Below, piece after piece: positions 1 through 14,069 of a DNA stretch of 64,000 nucleotides. How positions within the stretch are numbered: position 1 is the stretch's first letter; each line of letters opens with the position of its first letter. The stretch is from Octopus vulgaris (Eukaryota). The position numbers and the translations under genes were made by a program. The stretch covers positions 15,004,001 to 15,068,000 of the forward strand of contig OX597838.1 of assembly GCA_951406725.2 (NCBI GenBank), given 5' to 3'. The notes beneath the pieces were generated by a model. It was not told the origin of the DNA. It saw only the letters and a list, made by a program, of their open reading frames with translations, and made no database searches.

Positions 1-4
1 ATTC

Positions 5-39
<35 letters not shown>

Positions 40-368
40 AAATTAAGAGGAATGACCACCAAGGTGGACTCCTAATATGCTAAAGTTAGACGTCAAATCG
101 CCTTACCACGAAGAGTGTGTTTTCAAGAAAAATTTCAGCAAAACGCCAGAATGTAAAAATGAGTAAGACAAATGAAGATACACGAAATAAAAAACATTTA
201 CCTACGTACCAATGGTTTCGCTTGTTAATATTTCCGAATGAAAATATCTGCATGCTCATCAGCATAGTCTGTCGCTTACAAAACACTATTTCCAGAACTA
301 GACACAGAACGCTCACTCGAAGGAGAGCATGTATAAAGTTCTGCAAATTGATATTAATTCATAATTTA

Positions 369-481
<113 letters not shown>

Positions 482-613
482 GGTATGTATGTATTATGTA
501 TGTATTCGTACTATTGATAAGCAAAAAATTGTCGAAACTACCTTGGTATGTGAATAAATCTATTGGTTTTTCAGATTCAGGTGCACTTTTAAACCCTAAA
601 ACAGATATTCCTC

Positions 614-715
<102 letters not shown>

Positions 716-1892
716 TTATACGTATGTATATATATATATATATCCTTTTAGTAGGAAAATGTAATATTTCCAGTATGACAGTATGCTATTGAGAATTCAG
801 TGCAGACGGGCAGGGTATGTTCGAATTAAAGATTATCACATTGCGAAAATTATTTTCATTGCCCAACAAGCAGAGGGATACCGCGGTAAAGAAGACCCAT
901 CCTTATGTATAAGGATGAATTGAAGAAGTCAGTAAAATCTCATCAGCTTAATTTGACATCTTGGTAAAGTTATTACCTAGGTCGATTTGCATCTGAGCAA
1001 TTTGAGTTGAAGAAACAGAACAATATAAGAATTATATCCTGCAACCAACGAACACATTTATGCAATCCCGCGCAAGATCAAAATCATCAGTGTTCCCTTT
1101 GTGACTTCACAGAAAAATCCATATCTGCACTCAAATTATATTGGCGCATCCATTGTAGACAGATACAGCTTTTATTTTCAATCCTTTTTTATCCTTTCCT
1201 TCAAACACTCATTCGTCTAAAGTGACGGGTGTGACCATCCGTTTTGTATATAATATGTGAACGAATTGTAGAATGAGCATTCTGCTCCTGTTTCTTTTAA
1301 TTTCTCTATAAAAATATTTCTAAGGAGATTCTATATTTTAAACATTTGAGCGTTACGAAAGTGTGTAAAAAGAATTTCACCAGTTCAATTTGTTTCAATT
1401 ATTTCTCTCCTTTATGTAACTCTAAACTTTATACCTTATCCCTAAGACTTAACTATCAACCTTAATCTGAAGCCCAACCCTAGCCACAAACCGAATTCTT
1501 CTCTGTGGGATTGTAAAATGTTTAAAATATCCAATTTAAGAAACATTTTTTTTAAAACAAAATGTCAACAATGGAGAATTTACTGCTGGTCGTCTAATAC
1601 GAAACCGAGAGTTTCAGAGCAAGGAAACTTTTTTCTTTAAATGGAATTTTAAACTTTTCTTTGAGAACCATAAATAAATTTCCCCAAAGAACAGACTACA
1701 AGAATGTTAGGTCTATGGCAGTTCTTATTGCAAAACAAGGTCAATGAATGTATATAGTTTAATTTATAGGATGTTCATATGAAAAATGTATTGTTTAAAA
1801 AAATCGCAGACATGGTCGTGTGAAGAATGTCACATCATAAACAAGATGCCTTCCACGTTTATTGTACTCAACACCAATGTTTCAAATATTGA

Positions 1893-2515
1893 TTCGAAAT
1901 TTAGGCATCGGCCAACAATTTCGGGGGAAAAAATGGTTAAGTCGATTACGTCGACCCCAGTGCTCAACTGGTACTTATTCGATCGACCTCGAAACGATAA
2001 AGACAACAGGGACGAAATTTGAACTCAGAACGTAGCATCGGACGAAATACCTATTTCTTTACTACCCACAAGGAGCTAAACATAGAGGGGACAAACAAGG
2101 ACAGACAAATGGATTAAGTCGATTATATCGACCCCAGTGCGTAACTGGTACTTATTTAATCGACCCCGAAAGGATGAAAGGCAAAGTCGACCTCGGCGGA
2201 ATTTGAACTCAGAACGTAGCGGTAGACGAAATACCGCTAAGCATTTCGCCCGGCGTGCTAACGTGTCTGCCAGCTCGCCGCCTATTGAACGGACGAAATA
2301 CCTATTTTTTTACTACCCACAAGGGGCTAAACACAGAGGGGACAAACAAGGACAGACAAACGGATTAAGTCGATTATATCGACCCCAGTGCGTAACTGGT
2401 ACTTATTTAATCGACTCCGAAAGGATGAAAGGCAAAGTCGACCTCGGCGGAATTTGAACTCAGAACGTAACGACAGACGAAATACCGCTAAGCATTTCGC
2501 CCGGCGTGCTAACGA
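1893..2515 (-). mobile_element. SINE-D nest: old diverged copy (1893-2050) with two young copies (2051-2283, 2302-~2515)
   Basis: Head ggcggcgagctggcaga with A-box-like tggcagaatcgttag and B-box gagttcaaattcc, body gtcgactttgcctttcatcctttcggggtcga. 12-bp direct repeat cggacgaaatac at 2039-2050 and 2290-2301. Confidence 0.9.
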
Positions 2516-3249
2516 TAAACGTTTCAAATATTCAAAAGGAAGGATTATTGAAAGTAAGACATTTCGGCGCTTCTTCGTGTCCAGACATTCGCGAAAGTGA
2601 AAGTATTTTGGCAAAAGTAGAAGGTTTCCAGGCCGAACTGTGACAAAGTATTTTCCTATAAGCTGAAATTATTAAAGAACAAAAGTAAAATAATTGACTG
2701 TAAAAATACAGGTGAGACGCTATAAAACAGGTAATGTGATGTCGTCTTTGTTGAAATTGGATTCATCAATATTTTTACAGAGATGTAAAAAGCACCTTGG
2801 TTATCAAGTACTGATGGGGTGGGGAGGGAAGCACAAACACACACACTCACATACATACACACATACATACATATATATACACATACATACATACATACAT
2901 ACATACATACATACACGCACACATACATACATACATACATACATACATACATACACACATACATACATACATACATACATACATACATACATACATACAT
3001 ACATACATACACACATACACACATACACACATACATACATATATTCATACATACGTATATATCCTTCATTTTTTTTTACCTTTTTCAGTCAGTCATTATA
3101 CTGCGGCCATGCTTGAGCACCGCCTTGAATTTTTAGTCAAATGAATCGACCCCAGTATTTTATTATTTGGCTCATGGTACGGTGAGCATTAAAATAATAG
3201 TCCATCAAAAGTATTTTCTAAAATAAAACTTTAGATTTATGGAGGGAAA

Positions 3250-3660
3250 TTCTAAAATAAAATTTTAGATTTATGGAAGGAACGAAAAAATGACAGTTGG
3301 AGACATACAAGGAAACAGAACGAAAACAAACATAGAGGGCCGTTAGACCAGAACGAGAGGGAAATAGTGAACGCTGGGAGAAACATTGTTCTTTTTTTTT
3401 TTTGGAAAAGAGAAAAGATAGAAGAGAGAGAGAGAGAGAAAGAAAACACGACCGTTCTTTTAAACGTCAGTGCAGGAAAAAAAAGATGGTCACGCGAGGA
3501 AAAGAAAGATGAACGATGATCACGTGTGAGCAACGAAAGAGCGAGAAGGAGAAAGAGGGGAAGAGAGACCGATAGAAAGCGGTGAAGGAGGGAGAGGGAA
3601 AAATAGAATTAGAGGAGGATGGAGGAAGAAAACAGTATAGGGTAGAGAGTCGCATCAAAA
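3250..3660. mobile_element. Interspersed repeat, probably Penelope-like fragment (same family as 12200-13010)
   Basis: gagacatacaaggaaacagaacgaaaacaaacat...gttagac and the following purine-rich block recur at ~12470-12730. Confidence 0.5.
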
Positions 3661-3780
3661 AGGTGATGTTATATATTATTTATTAATTGAACGCGACGCA
3701 TCCATTTCCAAGTAAGTTTATCATACACTCGCACACACATACACATACACACACATGCACACACATGCATGCATATATAC

Positions 3781-3811
<31 letters not shown>

Positions 3812-4006
3812 CTATCGTACATGTGAATATATAGATATGCAAGTATATGCATGACATACATAAAACAAAACATACAAATCTGCAAATATACATACATACA
3901 AAAATACCGTTGCTGATGTTGAAATTCCAATGAAGGAACCTAGAATCTAGGTTAGAAACCAGCACTTTCTCTATTGGCAAGAAATCTTGAAATAAAACTG
4001 AATAAT

Positions 4007-4694
4007 ATACATACATACATACATACATACAAACATACGTACACACACATACATACATACATACATACATACATACATACATACATACATACACACATAC
4101 ACACATACATACATACATACATACATACATACATACATACATACATACACACATACACACATACATACATACATACATACATACATACATACATACATAC
4201 ATACATACATACATACACACATACATACATACATACATACATACATACACACATACACACATACATACATACATACATACACACATACAAACATACATAC
4301 ACACATACATACATACACACATACATACATACATACATACATACACACATACACACATACATACATACATACATACACACATACAAACATACATACACAC
4401 ATACATACATACATACACACATACATACATACATACATACATACATACATACATACATACATACATACATACATACATACACACATACATACATACATAC
4501 ATACATACATACATACATACATACATACATACATACATACATACATACATACATACATACATACATACATACATACATACATACATACATACATACATAC
4601 ATACATACATACATACATACATACATACATACAAACATACATACACACATACATACATACATACGTACGTACGTACGTACGTACATACATACAT
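4007..4694. repeat. Long (ATAC)n microsatellite; similar arrays at 2850-3050, 6410-6530, 43810-44000, 53233-53512, 59020-59435
   Basis: Tetranucleotide array visible directly; source of the MYVC/HTYI pseudo-ORFs. Confidence 0.98.
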
Positions 4695-4828
4695 CAATCA
4701 ATCAATGTTTATATGTATGTTTGCATGTAGGTATGCACATACATATTTACACAGAACATACATATATACACAAACGCAACTGTCTTGAGATGTGTTACTA
4801 CAGATATCACCGCGCTAACATAGAAGAC

Positions 4829-5062
4829 CTATTTTTTTACTACCCACAAGGGGCTAAACACAGAGGGAACAAACAAGGACAGACAAACGGATTCAGTCGT
4901 TTATATCGACCCCAGTGCCTAACTGGTACTTAATTTATCGACCCCGGAAGGATGAAAGGCAAAGTCGACCTCGGCGGAATTTGAACTCGGAACGTAACGG
5001 CAGACGAAATACGGCTACGCATTTTGCCCGGCGTGCTAATGTTTCTGCCAGCTCGCCACCTT
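4829..5062 (-). mobile_element. SINE-D full-length young copy with TSD
   Basis: Complete head-to-tail copy; direct repeat taacatagaaga at 4816-4827 and 5108-5119. Confidence 0.9.
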
Positions 5063-5352
5063 ATGTGAATATATATATGTCATGCATATACTTGCATATC
5101 TATATATTAACATAGAAGAGCATCTAACGAGACGTACAGATAGAGACTATAAGCCATTTTACGGAACATACATTTGAGCCAGTCGTGCCACTCCCTTACA
5201 CGTTTTGTTTCTCCTTGTATGTAAATGATATCATATATTCATTCGTCATGCTTGTATGACTCAACGCCTGCTATACTGATCCCATACCAAACAGGATATC
5301 AGCCAGAAAATACAAGAATACATGTATGTATGTATATATGTATCTATATATG

Positions 5353-5425
<73 letters not shown>

Positions 5426-5466
5426 ATCTATATATATGTATGTATATATATATGTATGTATCTATA

Positions 5467-5517
<51 letters not shown>

Positions 5518-5560
5518 GGCACTATTATACATAGATGCCACACGCTAAGAGGGACAAAAT

Positions 5561-5614
<54 letters not shown>

Positions 5615-6113
5615 CTATATATATGTATATATATATATATGTATGTATGTATCTATATGTATATATATATATATGTATGTATGTATCTATATATATGTAT
5701 CTATATATGATTGATTGATTGATTGATTCTAGTTTCAGCTTATGAGCTGTGGCCATGCTGGGGCACCGATGTATATATATATATATATATAGACACATAC
5801 ATATATAAACACATATATATAGATGCATACACATACATACACATACATATACATATATACATATATATATGTATGTATGTATGTACGTATGTGTGTGTGT
5901 ACATGGCGGATATCTGATAACAAGCGGAATAGTCAAGGCAATACGAATGTTTACATGTTTAAACGCTGCATTAGCTCTGGGGTAGCTGGGATGAGGTGAT
6001 GAGTTGCTTTCATTTTTTTTTTTTTTGTAATGATCACGTGACTATACGCATCTTTCTCTCCCTCTCTCCTCCCCATCTCTCTCATTTCAAAATTACACTC
6101 TCTCATTTTCTCT

Positions 6114-6146
<33 letters not shown>

Positions 6147-6169
6147 GCTCGCGTTCTATTTCGTTATGT

Positions 6170-6252
<83 letters not shown>

Positions 6253-6262
6253 TATATGTATG

Positions 6263-6350
<88 letters not shown>

Positions 6351-6769
6351 TATATATATATATATATATTGGCACACACAAAACATACATATATACGCAT
6401 ATAAATACATGTGTATGTATGTATGTATGTATGTATGTATGTATGTATGTATGTTTGTATGTATGTATGTTTGTATGTATGTATGTTTGTATGTATGTAT
6501 GTATGTATGTATGTATGTATGTATGTACGTATATTCTTTTACTTGCTTCAGTAACTGAATTATATGTAATGTAAGTAATATAATATACACATAACAATGT
6601 AGATGCCCCTCCCCCCAAATACATGTCGTAAGACGAATATTTACAGTAAACAATGGTTTCCAGGCCAGGTAACTCGTTGTCGAAATGTTAGATATTAGCA
6701 GCGGAACACGGCGTGGCTCGGGTATTGCATCAATGTAACACTTATTCCCCCTCTCTTTCTCTCACTCCT

Positions 6770-7255
<486 letters not shown>

Positions 7256-7555
7256 TGTCTATCTTTGTCTTTTTCTCATTCTCACTCTCCTTTAACTCCT
7301 CTTACTCTCTCACACACTCACACAAAACACATAAACACACATACACACGTACCACATGCTCACACACACGCTCGTGTGATTGATTACACGGAACCCGAAA
7401 GCGTATGGTGGGGGGCTAAGCCAACGAGACTTGTATTATTTGGGAAAAGTGACAGCTACAGTAAAGTAATATGACCGTGCGAAGTGGAGACTTCAACGTT
7501 TCGGACTTAGTCTTTCATCAGAATTGTGATGGCAGGAGGGGAGTAAAAATAGTTT

Positions 7556-7908
7556 TCTTTCTGGTCGGGTAACCCATCCTGCTCAAAAGGTCCCTGAATA
7601 AGGCTTGTTTAAGGATGTTGAACGAAACACCCATGTTTCCAGAAGTGAATTATTCAAACCCCAAAGAATCCCTCTCAACACATGGCTATGATGCTCCCCT
7701 CTACTTCTGCTCGTGATCAGAGATGCGCATATCGTCAGCCATTAAGGGACATGCTCAACTGGTTGGTCTGACAACTGACAAGCAAATCTTTGGTATTGAG
7801 AATAATTGCTGTAGTCCATTTTTTATACCAAGACAAAACAATGTACATGATAATACTTCCAGTCAGTTAAGATCAGAAGCCATGAGAGCCAGTCTGGTAC
7901 TGCATCAG
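7556..7908 (-). mobile_element. Partial copy of the (TAA)n-embedded element seen in longer form at 23989-24545
   Basis: High similarity to 24180-24538; abuts the (ATT)n tract. Confidence 0.75.
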
Positions 7909-7949
7909 TATTATTATTATTGTTGTTGTTGTTGTTGTTGTTGTTATTA

Positions 7950-8020
<71 letters not shown>

Positions 8021-8021
<1 letters not shown>

Positions 8022-8582
8022 TGTTTGACTTTTGTTTTATATTTGTACAAGTTGGCTCCAAGTCTCACCCAGAGACCTCAAGAGACAACAGGTTGGAAGT
8101 TCATGTTGTTGTTATGCCTAGTGTGCCATATATTTGGTTGTTTTTTTTTGGTGTTGTACTAGTGGATGTCTAAAAAAAATTATGTTTGTTTTAAACCTTG
8201 AGATTACATAGAAAGTATTTTGCGTAGGATATGAGCAGTTCCCATGAGCGCTATCTTATGAATTTCTGCCATTTTGGGGTTTCCTGGTATCTGAGTTAGG
8301 TAGCAATCAGCCCCCTTTGCTATCATTCCCAGGGCACCTATGACAACAGGTATTGTTTTAGTCATCAGGTTCCACATTTTGCTGATTTCTATTTCAAGAT
8401 CTTTATATTTGCTCAGTTTTTGGTAGGTCTTGACAGATACGTTTATATCGATTGGGACAGTCATATCAATGAGGAGGCATGTTCTTTGTCTGAAGTCTTT
8501 CAATATGATGTCTGGCATATTTGCATCTATCTTTCTGTCAGTTTGAATGGGGAAGTTCCAGAGGAGTGAGATGTGGTCATTT

Positions 8583-8586
<4 letters not shown>
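8021..8586 (-). mobile_element. 5'-truncated R4/Dong-like non-LTR retrotransposon: restriction-like endonuclease C-terminus plus 3' UTR, inserted in (TAA)n
   Basis: ORF 8204-8585 reads LLWNFPIQTDRKIDANMPDIILKD...LLIDMTVP...KLSKYKDL...PVVIGALG, the PD-(D/E)xK RLE signature of R2/R4-type elements. (ATT)n on both sides matches the known Dong target. Confidence 0.85.
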
Positions 8587-8650
<64 letters not shown>

Positions 8651-8652
<2 letters not shown>

Positions 8653-8769
8653 GGCGGCGAGCTGGCAGAATCGTTAGCACGCCGGTTAAAATACTTAGCA
8701 GTATTTCGTCTGCCGCTACTTTCTGAGTTCAAATTCCGCTGAGGTCGACTTTGCCTTTCATCCTTTCGG
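8651..8769 (+). mobile_element. SINE-D 5' portion
   Basis: aaggcggcgagctggcagaatcgttagc head through cctttcgg. Confidence 0.85.
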
Positions 8770-9160
8770 ATAAATCTGATGCAGGTAACCTACAATGTCT
8801 GAACCACTTTGTATAATCAACATCCGGGGTTGGTGACCTGACATTTCGGAAGATGTACATTATTTCAGGGGGAGTTAACTATGATGGCACAACAATAAAT
8901 AACCAATTTCAAAATGTTTCTTTCTTTTTAAAATATTAAATGGATCTCCGACGGTTTCGACGATAAGCATTCACTTGTTTGATTATTTCATTTAACATGG
9001 AAGTAGGTAAGTATACAGCCCACCGTCATTGCTGTTATCACAGATGCTATCACTGCCCGAACCATCACAGTGGTCAGCTAACCATCACTACAAACGCAAC
9101 CATCATCACCACCACTATCACCATCACAACCACCACCACTACCATCTCTACTACAATCTA

Positions 9161-9725
9161 TTGGGTTGTCCGGAATGTTTGTGCCGATTTATAGTAGCTT
9201 ACTTTCGCCTTATTTTAGAACATGTTTGAATCCATAAAATAGGATTTGACTACACCCCCATTTAGAGCGCAGTTTAAGCTATCTTTTCGTGGAAGAAGAT
9301 TTATGTTCCTATAACCTGTGTTAATTCTATAACCCTTTAAAATGGAAGATAAGAAAGTTCATTTTCGGCACTTGAAGCTTTGGGAACCAGACAAAAATTG
9401 TTGCAGCTCGGCTGGGATGTGTTACCCCACCCTCCATATTCACCAGATATTGCTCCTTCGGATTTCCACTTATTCAGGTCTCTGCAGAATAGTCTTAATG
9501 GTAAAAATGTCAATTCCTTGGATGACGTAAAAAGCTACCTTGATGAATTGTTTGCCATGAAACCACCTCGATTCTGGGAAGAGGGTATTTTCAAGTTAAA
9601 GGAAAGATGGAGACGCATTGTGCAACAAAATGGTTCATGTTTGGTTGATTAAAAATGTAATGGCAAGTATTTATTGACCTTCTTCTTTCCTTTAAAAATT
9701 GGCACGGACTTTCCGGACAACCCAA
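9161..9725 (+). mobile_element. Internally deleted mariner DNA transposon
   Basis: TIRs ttgggttgtccggaa.../...ttccggacaacccaa; TA at 9159-9160 and 9726-9727. ORF 9380-9652 WDVLPHPPYSPDIAPSDFHLFRSL carries the mariner YSPDLAPxD motif; N-terminal MEDKKVHFRH is fused to it. Confidence 0.93.
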
Positions 9726-9789
9726 TATTTTAGTACCCACCCATTCACGCAATTCCTTCTGCCATCATAATCATCACCACCACAATTGA

Positions 9790-10090
9790 CCCCTTCCCCC
9801 TCCACAATAACCTCCTCCCCATTACAGTCGTCCCTTCCCTCATCAGAATAGCCTCCTCATCATCACAATCACCCTCTCCCCCATCATTATCACCCCTCCC
9901 CGTCACAATCACCCTTCCCCATCACAACCACCCCACCCTCCCCACCACAATCACCCCCTCCCCACCACAACCACCCCTCTCCATCACAATCACCCCCTCC
10001 CCCATCACAATCACCCCTCCCCACCACAACCACCCTCCCCATCACAATCACCCCTCCCCCATCACAATCACACCTCCCCACCACATTCAT
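9790..10090. repeat. ~20-bp C-rich minisatellite (catcacaatcaccccctccc-like)
   Basis: About a dozen degenerate tandem units. Confidence 0.85.
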
Positions 10091-10591
10091 CACCGTTATC
10101 ACCACCACAACCTCCACCACTGTAATCTCAGCCTCGAACGCCCACAAGTAACATCACATACGCAACACCATTACACAATGTAGTAACGTACACGTACACA
10201 TATATATACAGACGTTCAAATACGCATTTAAACACATACACACACGCGCTCGCGAACACACCGAAATACAGACACGCGCACATCCACACACGCATTAACA
10301 AGCTCACACACACACACAACACATAGACACGAACACACAAACAATTTCATAGCAACCATTCATTAAGCCGTCTCGTTTATGATTACCTAAGTTATCTCCC
10401 CTGAAATAATCTCTCTACCTTGCGAAGTTTTCCCCACATGCTCACACGCACGGACACACACACACACATTCACATGCAAAAACTATACATCCACGTAAGT
10501 AAACACACGTAAACACATCTCCACATACCATGTACATGCACACGCACGCACACCGACACTAATGCATCATACAAGGGTCTCTCTCTCTCTC

Positions 10592-10682
<91 letters not shown>

Positions 10683-10696
10683 GTGTGTGTGTGTGT

Positions 10697-10930
10697 AGGC
10701 GCGTGGCTTAGTAGTTAGGATGTCAGCATCATGATCGTAAGACGGTGGTTTCGATTCCTGGACCGGGTGACGCGTTGTACTCTTGAGCAAAACACTTCAT
10801 TTCACTCAGCTGGCAAAAATGAGTAACTCTGCGATGGATTGGCGGCCCGTCCAGCTGGGGAACACATACGCCATAGAAACCGGGAAACCGGGCCCATGAG
10901 CCTAGCTAGGATTTAAAAGGGCGCATTTAT
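10697..10930 (+). mobile_element. SINE-B (tRNA head, V-SINE-like body) with tail type 2
   Basis: ggcgcgtggcttagtagttagg head, ttgagcaaaacact and gcgatggattggcggcccgtccag motifs. Confidence 0.8.
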
Positions 10931-10935
10931 TTTTT

Positions 10936-11096
10936 CAGGAGTGGCTGTGTGGTAAGTAGCTTGCTTACCAACCACATGGTTCTGGGTTCAGTCCCACTGC
11001 GTGGCATCTTGGGCAAGTGTCTTCTGCTATAGCCCCGGGCCGACCAATGCCTTGTGAGTAGATTTGGTAGACGGAAACTGAAAGAAGCCTGTCGTA

Positions 11097-11163
<67 letters not shown>

Positions 11164-11380
11164 GTCTGTGTGTGTGTGTCTGTGTTTGTCCCCCTAGCAT
11201 TGCTTGACAACCGATGTTGGTGTGTTTACGTCCCCGTCACTTAGCGGTTCGGCAAAAGAGACCGATAGAATAAGTACTGGGCTTACAAAGAATAAGTCCC
11301 GGGGTCGATTTGCTCGACTAAAGGCGGTGCTCCAGCATGGCCGCAGTCAAATGACTGAAACAAGTAAAAGAGTAAAAGAG
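10936..11380 (+). mobile_element. SINE-C (tRNA head, CORE-like cttgggcaagt, internal microsatellite); further near-full copies at 14367-14772(-), 18080-18512(-), 34609-35008(+), 52637-53035(-), 57136-57487(+)
   Basis: ggagtggctgtgtggtaag A-box, ggttcagtccc B-box, 3' ccagcatggccgcagtcaaatgactgaaacaag with short-repeat tail; many fragments across the window. Confidence 0.9.
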
Positions 11381-11618
11381 TATATACTTTCATTTTTGTT
11401 TTTTTTCGTTTTTAGTCCATTTTTCTCTGCTTGCCCTTTCTGATACAAGCCCTTATTTCCTTTCCCAAGTAAAGGATAACATATTTTACTCAATCTATCG
11501 ATCTAAAAAATGTAAACAAACATAAGCTTACGCACACACACTTACACACTCACATACATACTCGCACATGTATGCACATACATAGGTGTACATAAATATG
11601 TATGCGTATATATGAGCG

Positions 11619-11672
<54 letters not shown>

Positions 11673-11699
11673 CATCCATCTATCTATCATTCTATCTAC

Positions 11700-11769
<70 letters not shown>

Positions 11770-11789
11770 CGTATATATACTTCGTGGTG

Positions 11790-12042
11790 ACCTAAATGTT
11801 AATCATAAGGTAGTGAGTTCGATTCCCGAGTCGGGTTGTGCGATGTGTTCTTGAGCCAGGTACTTAATTTCACATTGTTCCACTTCATTTAGCTGTAGAA
11901 ATGAGTTCCGACGTCACTGGTGCCAAGCTGTATCGACCTTTGTCTTGGACAACATCAGTGGCATGGAGAGAAGCGGTTGATATGCATGGGCGACTTCCAT
12001 AAACAACTTTACGCGGACTTGTGCCTTGGAGGGGAACTTTCT
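11790..12042 (+). mobile_element. Diverged SINE-B-type element with a different tail
   Basis: gagttcgattcccga B-box, gttcttgagc...ttcacattgttccac...agctgtagaaatgag body; related tail at 30680-30900(-). Confidence 0.65.
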
Positions 12043-12043
12043 A

Positions 12044-12091
<48 letters not shown>

Positions 12092-12095
12092 TGTA

Positions 12096-12151
<56 letters not shown>

Positions 12152-12199
12152 CATATATATATACTTAGATAGATACATATATATGTGTGTGTATATATA

Positions 12200-12578
12200 T
12201 GTGCATATATGGGTACAGGACATCACCAACATTAAACAACATGAAATACAAAAGCAAATGAGTTCGGTACGCAAAGAATGAGAGAAATAAATGGAAAACA
12301 GGACAAGTAACATAAAGAGCAACCCTTCATCAGTTGTCGGGTGTCTGTCTATTCCTCATTTCCAGCATTGACAGATAATAATAATCTTCGATGAGAGTTG
12401 CTCCCATGAGTACCGAAATAAATTTTGGGATGTATGGAGGGTCAAAGTTGGGAACAAAAACAGGACAGTGGAGATATACAAGGAAACAGAATGAAAACAA
12501 ACATGGAGGGTCGTTAGACGAGAATGAGGGTAAAATAGCGAACGCTGGAGAAATATTTTCTTTGACAAATGAAAAAAT

Positions 12579-12624
<46 letters not shown>

Positions 12625-12734
12625 ATAGTGCTGTCCTTAAGACAGTCCAGAAAAAAAGAAAGATGATTACGTGAAGAAGAGAAAGATGGACGATGGTCAC
12701 GTGTCAGCAACAAGAGAAAGAAACGGAGAAAGAG

Positions 12735-12809
<75 letters not shown>

Positions 12810-13012
12810 ATCTCGTGTGTACCGTTGGCGATTTTTTTTCCTCTGTCTTCCCTTCTCTGGATCTTTCCTTCTCCTATGTTTCCGATGAAGAGCTCGAAAT
12901 ATTAAACCCTCCTTCTTTCCTTCTTTCCTGAGCATCCAAAAATACTATATTTGTTCCACGTCCTCACGTTGTTGTGGTTATTTTTTTGTGCTTTCTTGTT
13001 TGGATTAACTAT
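12200..13012. mobile_element. Penelope-like terminal fragments embedded in (TA)n
   Basis: Hammerhead-like ccgatgaagagctcgaaat at 12882-12900; ctgatgaaggg on the minus strand near 12324-12334; shares sequence with 3250-3660. Confidence 0.5.
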
Positions 13013-13020
13013 ATGTATAT

Positions 13021-13102
<82 letters not shown>

Positions 13103-13633
13103 ACTGTGTATGCCCGTGCGCGCACGAACATACACAGATATACCCGTACATATGTTTGCAGAGGCGGAGAGAGAGAGAGAGTGAAAAGACTTGTGTGACG
13201 TATTTCTTGTGTGTATATGTGGGTTCGTGCTTCTGTGTGTGTATGGTGGGTAATGTTTATGTACTTGTGTGTGTATGTCTGTGTGTGTATGCCTTTGTGT
13301 GTATATGTGTGCGTATTCACGTGCGTGCGTGTTTATGGACTTATGCAAGTGTATGTGTTTTTACAGATCACTCCTCAACATCCTCTCATCAGTAGACATC
13401 GACCTGGTCTTTTCCCTTGTTATCGTTATATTAGATAACAGTGTATCACCCAGCTAGATTATATCATCTTTCTGCGCAATGGAGCACAAACATGTGTGCG
13501 TCTAATAACTAGATTAACTACACAAACTAATTAACTAATTAATCAACAAACCAACTATTTTAATTATTAGCATCTCTTCGCATTTGCTTACAGACATGCC
13601 GTCGTCGATACGCCAAAAAATGTTATAAACATG

Positions 13634-13691
<58 letters not shown>

Positions 13692-13787
13692 GTATATATA
13701 TGTATATACATATGTGTGTGTGTATGTATGTATATATATATATCAAATATAACTGAATCCAAAACAACTGTACCATTTTTGTTGATT

Positions 13788-13829
<42 letters not shown>

Positions 13830-13919
13830 CATGTATGTACATACACACACCTTTATATTTGTATCTGCTTACACAGTCACTCCTGGCTAAAACCCTACCT
13901 AGACCAGATATATACAAAC

Positions 13920-13972
<53 letters not shown>

Positions 13973-13973
13973 C

Positions 13974-14069
<96 letters not shown>

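Noticed and set aside
1080-1160. C2H2-like CSLC...RIH motif
   Set aside because: Single degenerate finger with the first His missing; more likely a LINE C-terminal remnant, with too little support to call.
1430-1495. Telomere-like (CCTAAC) hexamers
   Set aside because: Highly degenerate and short.
2137-2600. Recurrent peptide MRNWYL..RPRKDERQSRPRRNLNSER
   Set aside because: Antisense reading of the SINE-D body; it recurs only because the SINE does.
3669-4933. Long ORFs (239-342 aa) of MYVC/HTYI repeats, and similar ORFs elsewhere
   Set aside because: Translations of (ATAC)n/(AT)n microsatellites that lack stop codons.
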